Source: a virus. Taken from it: a stretch of DNA of 64,000 bases. The stretch spans positions 5,252-69,251 of IMG/VR virus record IMGVR_UViG_3300025929_000016, one strand, 5' to 3'. This document shows positions 46,708-55,936 of this stretch, in pieces (position 1 is the stretch's first letter; the number at the start of each line of letters is the position of its first letter). The position numbers and the translations under genes were made by a program. The notes under the pieces are model-generated. The model worked only from the letters and a program-made list of their open reading frames with translations, had not been told where the DNA came from and did not search any database.

Positions 46708-47715
46708 TTATGCCTTTCCGTTTTGTTTGTCGTAAGCCCGATAGCTCTGTATCATCTTTTCCCGCGCCTGTGGGTTATCCCACACACCGGCGTCCTTCAT
46801 TGCTTGGACCCGATCTGCAGACAACTTGAAGGTGGCTTTCGCCCCGCCTGGAGCAGAACTATCGCGCCCCGAACCAGAAACTACCGACTTCGGCTTGTCT
46901 TTAGTAGCACCAGCCGCCGTTGATGTCTCAGCAGTAGTTACTTTACCACCGGCAACTCGGTGTGGCAAGTACTTTTTAACGCGGGCGGACAATTCGTCCC
47001 AATATTCCTCGGTGCGAGGGTCAAAACCTTCGGCAACCAGACTATTGTCCAGTGCGCGAGTGACCTGGGAGTCTGGGTCGGTGCCTTCTTGCTTGTACCA
47101 CGCGTTCTGGGACATGAAGCGTTGAGCATTTTCCTGGAGCTTGGTGTCCAGCGGCTTTGGCGCCGATTGGCGTTGTTGGAACGCCTGCTTGACGTTGGTC
47201 AGCTGATCGTGCTTCTGACGCATCGAGATCATTTTCTCGACGGCATCCGCTGCACTTTCGGCATCGCCATTCTGCAGCGCGGTGATCTGACGCTGCTTCT
47301 GGAAGTTGTAGCCTTGGGCCGCTTGCTTGATGCTTTCATCGATCTGTGCCAGCTCGCCGCCTTCTGCACGGCGTTCGATGACTGCCAGACGCTGTTCCAG
47401 GGATTGACGAGCGCTGCGTTCGGAGGCAAGCTCACGACGCATGCGGTCTTCTTTTTCCTGGCGACGGCGTTTCTGTTCGGCGCGCTCTTCGCGACGGCGG
47501 GCTTGCTTCGCAACCGTTTCGTCGTCTACCTGAGTTTCGCCTTCTGCATTGCCTTCAGCAGCAGTCTTTTCGTCGAGTTCGATAACGACGCTGCCGTCGT
47601 CTTGATCGCCGAGCTTAACTGCATTAGCTTGATCATCACCAGCAGCGCCTTCACTGCCAGTATCTTCATGATCAAGATCAAGATTGTCTTCGTGGTCTTC
47701 ATTTTCGATTGCCAT
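46708..47715 (-). CDS. head scaffolding protein
   Basis: Acidic N-terminus, long coiled coil, NAWY...EGFDPRTEEYW, KLSADRVQAMK. Confidence 0.7.
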   Translation of the reverse strand: MAIENEDHEDNLDLDHEDTGSEGAAGDDQANAVKLGDQDDGSVVIELDEKTAAEGNAEGETQVDDETVAKQARRREERAEQKRRRQEKEDRMRRELASERSARQSLEQRLAVIERRAEGGELAQIDESIKQAAQGYNFQKQRQITALQNGDAESAADAVEKMISMRQKHDQLTNVKQAFQQRQSAPKPLDTKLQENAQRFMSQNAWYKQEGTDPDSQVTRALDNSLVAEGFDPRTEEYWDELSARVKKYLPHRVAGGKVTTAETSTAAGATKDKPKSVVSGSGRDSSAPGGAKATFKLSADRVQAMKDAGVWDNPQAREKMIQSYRAYDKQNGKA

Positions 47716-47716
47716 G

Positions 47717-47968
47717 TCATGCTCCAGTTATTTCGTACCAGTCGTCGGTCAAGACGTCCGCTTGTTTGAGTGCCCAGAAGACCACCGTGCCGTCCGTGTT
47801 GTACAGATACAACGATGGTACCTTGAGGGTAGAGTGGGCGATCGGCTTTTGCAGCACGATGTAGGAACCAACCCGGTTCCAACCGCGCCGGGCCACTTTA
47901 CCGCCTGCTTCCAGGCAGCGTATGGCACGACCGATGTCCCAGTCACCGATAGGTTGGGCGATGGTCAC
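47717..47968 (-). CDS. DUF2829 / Tad2-like anti-defence protein
   Basis: IGRAIRCLEAGGKVARRGWN...W...QADVLTDDW signature. Confidence 0.75.
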   Translation of the reverse strand: MTIAQPIGDWDIGRAIRCLEAGGKVARRGWNRVGSYIVLQKPIAHSTLKVPSLYLYNTDGTVVFWALKQADVLTDDWYEITGA

Positions 47969-48417
47969 AGGATGTAGGTGTCGAGTTTCAGGGGATTGCC
48001 GTACACACGTTCGATGACCTCGTGATCATTGACGGTGGCAAAGTACACTTCCTGACCATCCTTGCCCTTGACGGTGCGACGGTTGCCGCCCCAACGAGGA
48101 ACGATGACGAAGTCGCCCGGCTCGCACCACGTACCTTCGAGCCACGGCAGGCCGGTGTCACGATTGCAGAAGGCGAGGTCGCCGACAGCAATGACGCGGG
48201 CCACTTGCATATTCCATTTCTCGGTTTCTTTGGTCTCTTCGACCAGGACGATGCCGCTGGCAGTCTTCGTATTGTGCGACATCAGTTGCACCAGGATACG
48301 AGCGCCGGTAGGAATAACTTCAGGGGATACTTCGGGGAAACGGGACAGAACTTCAGGGTCAGTGCGGAAGTCGGCAGCCGCTTTCATGGCGGTGACGATG
48401 TAAGGCAGGGCTTTCAT
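47965..48417 (-). CDS. GroES-like co-chaperonin
   Basis: PTGARILV, KTASGIVL mobile loop, VIAVG, GDFV, NDHEV. Confidence 0.85.
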   Translation of the reverse strand: MKALPYIVTAMKAAADFRTDPEVLSRFPEVSPEVIPTGARILVQLMSHNTKTASGIVLVEETKETEKWNMQVARVIAVGDLAFCNRDTGLPWLEGTWCEPGDFVIVPRWGGNRRTVKGKDGQEVYFATVNDHEVIERVYGNPLKLDTYIL

Positions 48418-48517
48418 AAAATCTCCGATAGATTTTTCCGGTGGCGCTGACCGCCTTCAGATAGAACCGGAGAGTCTTTCTTACCCCCTGCGCAGGAGGT
48501 CGGCGGTCAGCACAAGC

Positions 48518-48546
48518 ACTATACATGCAGACCTGCCGTAAAGCAA
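48518..48546 (-). promoter_or_regulatory. promoter of head operon with near-consensus TTGC-N6-GCAG box
   Basis: TTGCTT-N17-TATAGT. Confidence 0.6.
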
Positions 48547-48554
48547 CAAATAAA

Positions 48555-48725
48555 TTAATCGTCGGCAATATTTTGGGCGAAGATATCCAATGCTTCGCGC
48601 AGCCCACGAATGCGGCCGACAACCTCGCGATATTTTTCAAGGCTATCGCTTGGCTGAGTGACAAGACCTTCAAGCAGTTCTGCTTCCTGGTCTTTTAGAG
48701 CTTTTACAAAACGGTCGACGTTCAT
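48555..48725 (-). CDS. 56-aa conserved portal-downstream protein
   Basis: Not in track. MNVDRFVKALKDQEAELLEGLV...SLEKYREVVGRIRGLREAL; AGGA RBS. Confidence 0.7.
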   Translation of the reverse strand: MNVDRFVKALKDQEAELLEGLVTQPSDSLEKYREVVGRIRGLREALDIFAQNIADD

Positions 48726-48812
48726 TTATAGTCCTGAGGCGTACCACGTGGCAATAATGATCAGCCACAGAATCACAATGGATTTACTGATGCTGATCAT
48801 TATTGATTTCAT
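48726..48812 (-). CDS. putative 28-aa membrane peptide
   Basis: MKSIMISISKSIVILWLIIIATWYASGL; ATGA overlap upstream and TAA-ATG junction downstream. Confidence 0.4.
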   Translation of the reverse strand: MKSIMISISKSIVILWLIIIATWYASGL

Positions 48813-48997
48813 TTTACTTCTGCCGCTTTTGGCTCAGCTGCGGGCTTGTGAGCACCATGGATGGAAATCACCATGTTTTTTGACGCCGGATCGACTGAAC
48901 CGAACTTCCGATTAGCATATTCAGCAATAGATTTGCAGTCGGAGACGTTTTCGCGGCTGATTTCTTTGCCATCTTGCTTAATAATGAAGGTTTTCAT
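48809..48997 (-). CDS. hypothetical protein
   Basis: 62-aa ORF after the portal gene. Confidence 0.55.
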   Translation of the reverse strand: MKTFIIKQDGKEISRENVSDCKSIAEYANRKFGSVDPASKNMVISIHGAHKPAAEPKAAEVK

Positions 48998-49042
48998 AAA
49001 ATTTCCGTAAAATTGAACGTTTTAATGGACGTATGCGTCGTT

Positions 49043-51706
49043 TTATTGTGCTGCCGGTGCCTGTGGTGCAGGGGCTAACTCGGCCTGCTGCTCGTTTTGC
49101 TCCATTTGGTGCCCATGCTGCTGCTGCGCCAGTGCCAAGGACGCTTGACCATCAATTGTTGCCATTACTTTCGCGTGATTTTGCTCATTTTGCAGCCGAT
49201 CAGCATCCAGTTGGGATTGGAATGCGGCCATGAGCTTCTCGTTGTTCGCGTTAAGTGCTGCAATGAACTGGTCGGTCTGGTTATCGCCTTGATTTTTGAG
49301 GAGTTCGGTCTGCATGTGCATCTCGTTGTCCTGTTGATTCTTGGCGAGCGCGACCTGAGCGTCCAACTGTTCGCCCTGCGGCTTGAGTTGGGTAACTTCA
49401 AGCTGCTTGAGGCCGATGTTCGCTTGATCCAGTTGCTTCTTGCGCTCGACTTCTTGCATGGCGACTTGCATCGTGGCCTGGACTGCTGGATCCATCTGTG
49501 GCTTCGGTGCGTACTGTGCGGCCAGTTCCTGGACTTTCGCCAGCATCTTCATCGGCTCGGCCAATTCCTGATTTATAATCGCCAACACTTTGTCGGACGC
49601 GGCAACCATCGCCTGTTCAACCTGCACGGTCGGCATGTGGTCGGCCAGTTGGCTGAATTGCGTCGCTGCTTCCATGCCGTCAGCGTACAAGAAGCTGATA
49701 TGCTGCGCCACGTGTTCCAGTTGCACGGCCATCATTTTGGTGCCGATTGCAGGATTGCTGAAAACCGGGTCGGTGGCGAACTTCAGGTGCAACATGATGT
49801 GCGCCATGTGGTTCTGCTTCGGCAGCGCCAGCAACGGAGTACCATGCAGCGAAGCCATATTCTCAGCGACCGGGTTGAGGTTCTTCGGCTTTTCCGGCTG
49901 CGGCAGGATACGGGCAGCTTCGGCAGTTGACAGACGCATACGCGTCAACATCATTTGTGCGAGCTGATTGAAATCCCACTTCAACATCGGGAACATGGCG
50001 ACCAGTTGCTGAACACCTTGCATCTGAGCGAAGCGTTGCGTCTCGCTGAAGATGTTCGGGTCGGACACTGGCACGATGTCCATGTTCTTCTGGAAGTCGG
50101 CGCGGCCAATCACCAGCTCGCCAAGCTCTTCCACTGTGACTTGCTCGTCCAGGTAGGTAGCGTTGATGCGATGCAGGATCTCGAGCGACTTCGCCTGCGA
50201 GTGGTGCATGCGGGCGTGGATGCTGGAGTACGTTGCCGCACCTTGCTCCACCAGCGCCATCGTCGTGCCAACCGGCGTACGATCGCCGACCTGGGACAGT
50301 GCCTCGCTAGTCGTGGACAGCACACCTTTACCAGCGTTCGTAAGCCAATCCAGCAACTGGAAAAGCACCGTCGACGGCTGATTGTAGGGCATTGCCATGA
50401 TGGTCTTGCGGATGTCGTCAACGCCCGCGACCTGATCGATCTCCATGATCTCGCCAGGATTGATGGTCAGGTTGCCGCCGTTGCCCTTACCGGACTTCAG
50501 CTTAACCAGCGCCTGCGAGTTGTTGATGTGTGCAGCGTCTAGAAGCGCACGGAGAGCACCAGTGAGGCTACCAGAGAGACCACCAATAAGATGAGGCAGG
50601 CCAATGCCATACGCTCCTCGCCACGGAATGAGTTTGTACTCCGCGATCCAGTCGAGTTTCTTGTAGAGCCGGTCTTCTTCATCCCAATTCCTGTAGAAGC
50701 CAACGACTTCTTCGGTGTGTTCATCGATGGTGATGATGTACGGTGCCAGATCGCCACCGGTACGGTCATCGCTGTCTACCGTGCGCCACGTGTAGACTTC
50801 GTAGAGTTGACGGACTCCATCTTCGTTGTAGCCCGTTCCCGTTTTGCCTTCAATTTTTTCGTTCGCGCCCGCTGTTGCCGACTGGTCTGGATGGCTACCC
50901 AACGTGCTGAGGTTGTCTGGTTCTTTATATAGGCCAGATGCGACGCGGCGGTCGAACTCTTGCTCGGTGAGCATCTGGCGATGTGTTGCGCGGCCAGCAG
51001 TGTAGAAATCGGTGCAGGAATATGGGAGGAACAAATCATCAACCGGAACAAACTCGCAACGTGCACGGCCATACTGTTCATCGTACCACCATTTGATGTA
51101 TTGACTGCCGCCCATGGGCAGTTGAGTGAGTAGAACTTCCAGTTCACTACGGTACTCGCTGATGTTCTTCGTGGTCTGCCAGTTCATGAAGCGGACCTTG
51201 CGATCAGCGACTTCCAGCTTGGCATCCGTCTCCGCACCAACAATGTGAGCCTTGACCGGGCCGCTTGGCGGGAAGATCTCTTTCATGGCGCGGCTGGCAA
51301 AGTCCACGCAGCTTTCGGCCAGGATCGGGTGAACGACTCGGCTGGCACCTTCGAACTCGGCGCCGCCCGGTGCATCTTCGCCCAGACCAGTGCGACGCAG
51401 ACCTTCCTGATACTGCTTGTCGCGGTTGGAGCGAGCTTCCTTGTCCTTCTCGACGAGGTCAATCAGTTCCCGAGCAATCGTGCGCAGTTCCTGCGGGTCA
51501 ATCGTCTCAGCGAGGTTGTCCAGAAAGCCAGATGCTACCGGATCATTCGCAGAATCTTCATCTTCGAAATGCACGACTGCGCCGCCGTCTTCGGTCTCCT
51601 CGATAGAAGTGCTGTCGTCCATCGGTTCAGCGGGTGTTGCTGACAGTGCCGGGTCGCTGATACCTTTGATGTGACGCCGCGCTTCGTCGTTCGGGAGGGT
51701 TGCCAT
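49043..51706 (-). CDS. portal protein
   Basis: 887 aa; FLDNLAE, GASRVVHPILAE, FPPSGPVK, YGIGLPHLIGG, PVGTTMAL, PVSDPNIFS; lies between TerL and head genes. Confidence 0.9.
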   Translation of the reverse strand: MATLPNDEARRHIKGISDPALSATPAEPMDDSTSIEETEDGGAVVHFEDEDSANDPVASGFLDNLAETIDPQELRTIARELIDLVEKDKEARSNRDKQYQEGLRRTGLGEDAPGGAEFEGASRVVHPILAESCVDFASRAMKEIFPPSGPVKAHIVGAETDAKLEVADRKVRFMNWQTTKNISEYRSELEVLLTQLPMGGSQYIKWWYDEQYGRARCEFVPVDDLFLPYSCTDFYTAGRATHRQMLTEQEFDRRVASGLYKEPDNLSTLGSHPDQSATAGANEKIEGKTGTGYNEDGVRQLYEVYTWRTVDSDDRTGGDLAPYIITIDEHTEEVVGFYRNWDEEDRLYKKLDWIAEYKLIPWRGAYGIGLPHLIGGLSGSLTGALRALLDAAHINNSQALVKLKSGKGNGGNLTINPGEIMEIDQVAGVDDIRKTIMAMPYNQPSTVLFQLLDWLTNAGKGVLSTTSEALSQVGDRTPVGTTMALVEQGAATYSSIHARMHHSQAKSLEILHRINATYLDEQVTVEELGELVIGRADFQKNMDIVPVSDPNIFSETQRFAQMQGVQQLVAMFPMLKWDFNQLAQMMLTRMRLSTAEAARILPQPEKPKNLNPVAENMASLHGTPLLALPKQNHMAHIMLHLKFATDPVFSNPAIGTKMMAVQLEHVAQHISFLYADGMEAATQFSQLADHMPTVQVEQAMVAASDKVLAIINQELAEPMKMLAKVQELAAQYAPKPQMDPAVQATMQVAMQEVERKKQLDQANIGLKQLEVTQLKPQGEQLDAQVALAKNQQDNEMHMQTELLKNQGDNQTDQFIAALNANNEKLMAAFQSQLDADRLQNEQNHAKVMATIDGQASLALAQQQHGHQMEQNEQQAELAPAPQAPAAQ

Positions 51707-51740
51707 GTGCAGCCTTAATAGAGGTTATTTACTAGCGGCA

Positions 51741-51769
51741 AGCCTACCATAGAAATTGCCTAGCTGCAA
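51741..51769 (-). promoter_or_regulatory. promoter of portal gene with TTGC-N6-GCAA box
   Basis: TTGCAG-N17-TAGGCT with extended TG; box at 51756-51769. Confidence 0.65.
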
Positions 51770-51781
51770 GCAAATACTCGG

Positions 51782-52030
51782 TCAATGAAACGGATTGTCA
51801 AAGTGCCATTCTCGATTATCCAGCGCTTTATGGAGGTACATATCTTCCTCGTGGTCATTTGTGGGATGGCACCAGCAGTCGACCACATCGTGAGGCCGCA
51901 GGTCGTCCAGTGGATACATGTGCGCCGTGGTCACGCCCTGATGTGTGTAGTCTATGGAGGCCCATCCCACAGACCCTTCACGCAGCGTAAGGGTTGCCGG
52001 CTCGTCGCTTACTGTCTTCTCGGTCGGCAT
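51782..52030 (-). CDS. small His/Cys-rich hypothetical protein (start uncertain)
   Basis: HMYPLDDLRPH...CWCHP...H; overlaps the end of terL. Confidence 0.45.
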   Translation of the reverse strand: MPTEKTVSDEPATLTLREGSVGWASIDYTHQGVTTAHMYPLDDLRPHDVVDCWCHPTNDHEEDMYLHKALDNREWHFDNPFH

Positions 52031-53453
52031 ACTCTTCCTCTTCTTCCCGTGGGTCAACACTAATCCAGTTCTGGTCGCGCAGCAGGGCCAGCGTCTGGCT
52101 GAACGTGTCCGTGTAGTCGTCGTGCAGGCTGAGTGGGAACACGCAGACTTCGGTGAGGAAGTCCGTTGCCCATGTTACAGGCTCGCCCGGCACCTTCTTG
52201 CTTTCCAGCAGATAGCAACGTCCGTTCATAACAAGGTGAGACACAGCGTGAAGCCGCTGCACCTTGTCCATCTTGCCTGGATTGTAGGCGCGGGTCGGCA
52301 CGTTCGTACGATTCAAGTCCTGAATCAGTGTGATACCAGAACCCTTTTCCTCGATCAGGACGATGTCTGCACACTGTCCCGGCTTGGACATATCGTTAAC
52401 ATCGCCTCCATACTTGGCCTTGTATTCGTCCACGACTCGCTTACGCAAGGTGGGATACTGCATGTGTTCGGTCCAGGCATCAAGAAGCATAGCGCAAAAC
52501 ACACCATCTTCATTCTCGAAGACTCCCCAGACCGTGCAGGCCGTGGGATCGTTATGGGTCTTTTCCGTGTAAGCGGTATCATACGACTGAATAATGTAGA
52601 GAAAGTACGGCAGAGGCTTGTTCGCAGGCCAGAGCTTGAACCAGCTTCGCTTGACAATGCCTTGGTCTTCAAGGTCGAGTACTTCAGCATGGATTTCTTG
52701 TCGGCCGAGCGCTGTGCCCTCATACTGAGTGACCTGGTTGAAGAAGGACTGCGCAAGATTGGATTTGTTTTCATACGTCGAGCCTGTCGTGATCTTCATG
52801 CCCTTGGCAGGGTCTTTGCTCCACTTGATAAACATCTGCACCAGCGGGATCGGCTTAGGCGTCGTGGTAATGCAGACCTGTGGCCGCTTGCCAAGGCGCA
52901 GACCGAACATCGCCATATCCCACGTCCGCTGGATAGTCTCAGCGTTACCGTTCGCCCAACCGGCGATCTCGTCCATCCAGATAGCATCATGTTGAGGTCC
53001 GCGCAGCCGTTCCGGTTCCTCAGCGGAATATAGCGTTGCTATCGCGCCATTCGGCCAAGTCAGCCTCCGCTTGGTCGGCTCGAATAGGGGCATGTCGTCC
53101 GGACTGCACACGCTTAGGATGCCTGACTCGCCTTCCACGATAACATCTCGGGCATCCGCACTCGTCGGAGCAATAATCCCGATCCTTCGGCTTCCGTTCT
53201 TTACCTGATCCCGTACCCATTCTGCACCTGTTCGTGTTTTACCAAATCCCCGACCGGCCAGGATTAGCCAGTAGTTCCAGTCTCTATCAACAAAGCCCTC
53301 GAGTTGTTTCGGCCGGGCATTGAACTCCCAGTCATACAGGAGTTCCTTCGCTTCTTCTTCGGATAATGAGTGGAGGAACTCGTCCTGCTCCGCTTGGGGC
53401 AACAGGGCGAATTGTTCCTTCTGACTCAGCGCGTAATTTACAGTAGACATCAC
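51978..53453 (-). CDS. terL: terminase large subunit
   Basis: LAGRGFGKTRTG, LRGPQ, WMDE, TTTPKP, QSYDTA, IEEKGSG, HDDYTD. Confidence 0.97.
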   Translation of the reverse strand: MMSTVNYALSQKEQFALLPQAEQDEFLHSLSEEEAKELLYDWEFNARPKQLEGFVDRDWNYWLILAGRGFGKTRTGAEWVRDQVKNGSRRIGIIAPTSADARDVIVEGESGILSVCSPDDMPLFEPTKRRLTWPNGAIATLYSAEEPERLRGPQHDAIWMDEIAGWANGNAETIQRTWDMAMFGLRLGKRPQVCITTTPKPIPLVQMFIKWSKDPAKGMKITTGSTYENKSNLAQSFFNQVTQYEGTALGRQEIHAEVLDLEDQGIVKRSWFKLWPANKPLPYFLYIIQSYDTAYTEKTHNDPTACTVWGVFENEDGVFCAMLLDAWTEHMQYPTLRKRVVDEYKAKYGGDVNDMSKPGQCADIVLIEEKGSGITLIQDLNRTNVPTRAYNPGKMDKVQRLHAVSHLVMNGRCYLLESKKVPGEPVTWATDFLTEVCVFPLSLHDDYTDTFSQTLALLRDQNWISVDPREEEEEYADREDSKRRAGNPYAA

Positions 53454-53659
53454 AGATCCAGGAGATAGGCATTTGCTTTTTGGAGCAGATACACTGACTC
53501 GGCCACTCGGCCGTTATCGGATGCGACGTAGAGTTCTCCGTCATTGTCCAGCCCTATCACCAGTACGGTCGTGAGATCCTTGCCCTTGGCTGCGTCCAGT
53601 ACTTGAACAACAGGTAGGTCATGAAGAGTGGTACCGTTGAATTGTAGAATGTCAGCCAT
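53450..53659 (-). CDS. hypothetical protein
   Basis: 69-aa ORF overlapping the terL start. Confidence 0.65.
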   Translation of the reverse strand: MADILQFNGTTLHDLPVVQVLDAAKGKDLTTVLVIGLDNDGELYVASDNGRVAESVYLLQKANAYLLDL

Positions 53660-53703
53660 GAGTTATCCGGTGTGAGTGAACGCTTAATCCTAGGCGTTGC
53701 CTC

Positions 53704-53732
53704 ATGGTAACACGATGGTTGCTGGTAGGCAA
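53704..53732 (-). promoter_or_regulatory. promoter of terL operon with TTGC-N6-GCAA box
   Basis: TTGCCT-N17-TACCAT with extended TG; box at 53719-53732. Confidence 0.65.
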
Positions 53733-53846
53733 GCGGTGATTAGTGTTGCAGGATGGGCAATAGCAAAATGACAACTAGTCTAAAATTTTCAACAGGCTGC
53801 GAGTGGGCCATAGTCCAGAATTCTTTCTCCTCCTGGGGTGCGACCG

Positions 53847-54044
53847 ATGCCCATGAGCAACTGATATCCTACGAGCAAGAGTTGCCACCAAGCACTCTTT
53901 CCTGATCACAACATTACTGACAAGCAACTGTTGCCGAGTGACAATGTTGCATACACACAACGTTACCTATCAGCAACTCATGCCTAGTAGCAAGCCATTG
54001 CCTAGCCAGGTTCATGCTCGATAGTAATAGTTGCAAATAATAAA
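53847..54044. repeat. tandem array of ~12 degenerate 14-bp palindromes (TTGC-N6-GCAA), period 16-18 bp
   Basis: Boxes start at 53847, 53865, 53882, 53898, 53914, 53931, 53947, 53963, 53980, 53998, 54014 and 54031. Confidence 0.75.
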
Positions 54045-54691
54045 TATATATTTCCTGTAGGATACTGGCATGAATTAGCTCCCAGCAAGTACCGTGCCAT
54101 GGTGCAGATAGGAAAGATTTGCTGGCACACTTCTTGTCTAGCATGAACCATGCCTGCTATCCTTGCCGACAAGCAATTGTTAATTCCAATTGTTAAATGC
54201 ACGGTTCCACAGCGTCCTCAGATGGACGCGTATTCCATTTAATTTTCGGTGCAGACTACCACAGACGCACCCTAAAAATAATGGAATTGCATTTTCTGGC
54301 ATGGATTGTGCTTAGAATGCCCATGGGCAATGGAACGCTGGCATGGTTCATGCTACGTGTACGCGCCCACGCATCGCGCCTTACATTAGGCTAAGGTTGG
54401 CACTGCTAACAGGCAGTGCCAACCAAAGCAAACAGGCACGGCAACGGCACAGCCTGGACGCCTAGGCAGCGCTACAGGCTGGCGCATAACATAGGCGCAC
54501 CGGCAGCATGCGCGGCGCACAGGCCCGCTAAAGCCGTATAGGTTTTAACTATCAACATTCCATTTCCCATTAAAACGTTTTTACACAAACCTTTGAAAAT
54601 GCCCTATTATTCTTCCATGGCAGCAGCAAACAGCAACTCGCAGCAGCCTAGGCCAAACGGGCCGACCTAACCCAACTATACAGGATATATC

Positions 54692-55300
54692 ATGCAAATC
54701 GTTAAAATCTCCTCCGCCTTCATCTTCTCGGCCGCTTGCACCAAGGAAATGCTGTTTGAGCTGGCACAACATGCATTCGTTGGCTATAGCCTGGAGGCAA
54801 CTGAGAAACTTGCATCGCAGCAACTGTCCAAGTCTAGCGGTGGCAAGGGCGGCAAAAGTGCTGGCGTGGGCGACTTGCCCATGGGCAAGCTCCGTACCTG
54901 CGTGGTTAATAAGCTGGACAACAATCCCGATGTCGCGGACGTGTTCAAGTCGGGCGAAATGGAGTTTGAGTTTAACTGCATGCCGGACCTGGACATGGGC
55001 ACCGCTGGCGCAAATAAGTCCAAGCGGCAACAGTCCGGCCCACGCGCTACGGCAAGCAAGGGCACTATGACCGGCGCATACACCACCGGCCCTAAGAAGT
55101 GTGGCCTTAAGGCAACGGCCGAGACCGACGAGGGCAAACATTCCATCTGGCAACATGTGTTTGCTTGCAGCACTTTTGAGGAATATTTCCAAAAGGCACC
55201 GGCCAAAGCCGTAACCAAAACCGGTCGCGTGATTACCGCGTACAGCGAAATGCAGTGGGCAATCAAGTCCGGCTGGATTGCACCGGTTGCCGCTCAGTAA
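54692..55300 (+). CDS. hypothetical protein, probably highly expressed early gene
   Basis: 202 aa; AACTATACAGGATATATC leader; followed by a terminator. Confidence 0.8.
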   Translation: MQIVKISSAFIFSAACTKEMLFELAQHAFVGYSLEATEKLASQQLSKSSGGKGGKSAGVGDLPMGKLRTCVVNKLDNNPDVADVFKSGEMEFEFNCMPDLDMGTAGANKSKRQQSGPRATASKGTMTGAYTTGPKKCGLKATAETDEGKHSIWQHVFACSTFEEYFQKAPAKAVTKTGRVITAYSEMQWAIKSGWIAPVAAQ

Positions 55301-55308
55301 TAGCACAC

Positions 55309-55331
55309 GGCCCGGCGAAAGCCGGGCCTTT
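55309..55331 (+). terminator. rho-independent terminator
   Basis: GGCCCGGC-GAAA-GCCGGGCC-TTT. Confidence 0.75.
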
Positions 55332-55355
55332 CCCAAATGCAATAGGAGATTGACC

Positions 55356-55607
55356 ATGGAAACGATTATCCAGGCCCGCGACCGCCAGTACGCTGAGGAC
55401 ATGGCAAAGAAACGTGCGAGGCGCGAGGCTGAGGACGAGCTGTATCGTCGGGCGAGCCAGATGCCTGAGAACAAGGACGTGCCGCATACATACGAGCAGC
55501 CTGCTCGCCGCACGGTCTACAGTCGCGATCCGCGCATCTGCAAGCATCAGTTCGCTAATGGTCGCAAGGTTTGCCCATATTGCGCGACAACCAATCCGGA
55601 GGCATGA
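55356..55607 (+). CDS. small protein with C-terminal CxH...CxxC zinc ribbon
   Basis: AGGAG RBS; CKHQF...CPYC. Confidence 0.65.
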   Translation: METIIQARDRQYAEDMAKKRARREAEDELYRRASQMPENKDVPHTYEQPARRTVYSRDPRICKHQFANGRKVCPYCATTNPEA

Positions 55608-55854
55608 TGCGTGATTGGCTGATAGGAGTTGGTATCTTCCTCTGTATTCTAATCGTTGGCTATGTGGAGAATGTGCTATGAGGTATGAAAGAATTGTGAG
55701 CATCAGCCTGCAAGAGTCATGGGCCGTGCGGAAGTGCAGAGCTAAGGACCACCTATGGCAGACGGTCTGTGAGAGTGCAACGCCTCAAAGTTCTGTCTTG
55801 TTTCTGGCGTGCTCACGTTGTGGTAGAACGTTGTTCCATCGCCACTATTAAATC

Positions 55855-55880
55855 AAAAGCCCGCCAAGAGCGGGCTTTTT
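55855..55880. terminator. bidirectional terminator
   Basis: AAAAGCCCGC-CAAGA-GCGGGCTTTTT between convergent genes. Confidence 0.85.
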
Positions 55881-55936
55881 AACGTCTGTTGGTACCAGCA
55901 TACCAACTAGGCCAATTAAACGCCGTCAGCGTCCAT

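Noticed and set aside
53847-54044. CRISPR array or mini-array
   Set aside because: Units are 14-bp degenerate palindromes with 2-4-bp gaps. There are no 23-47-bp identical repeats or spacer-sized unique sequences, and no cas operon.
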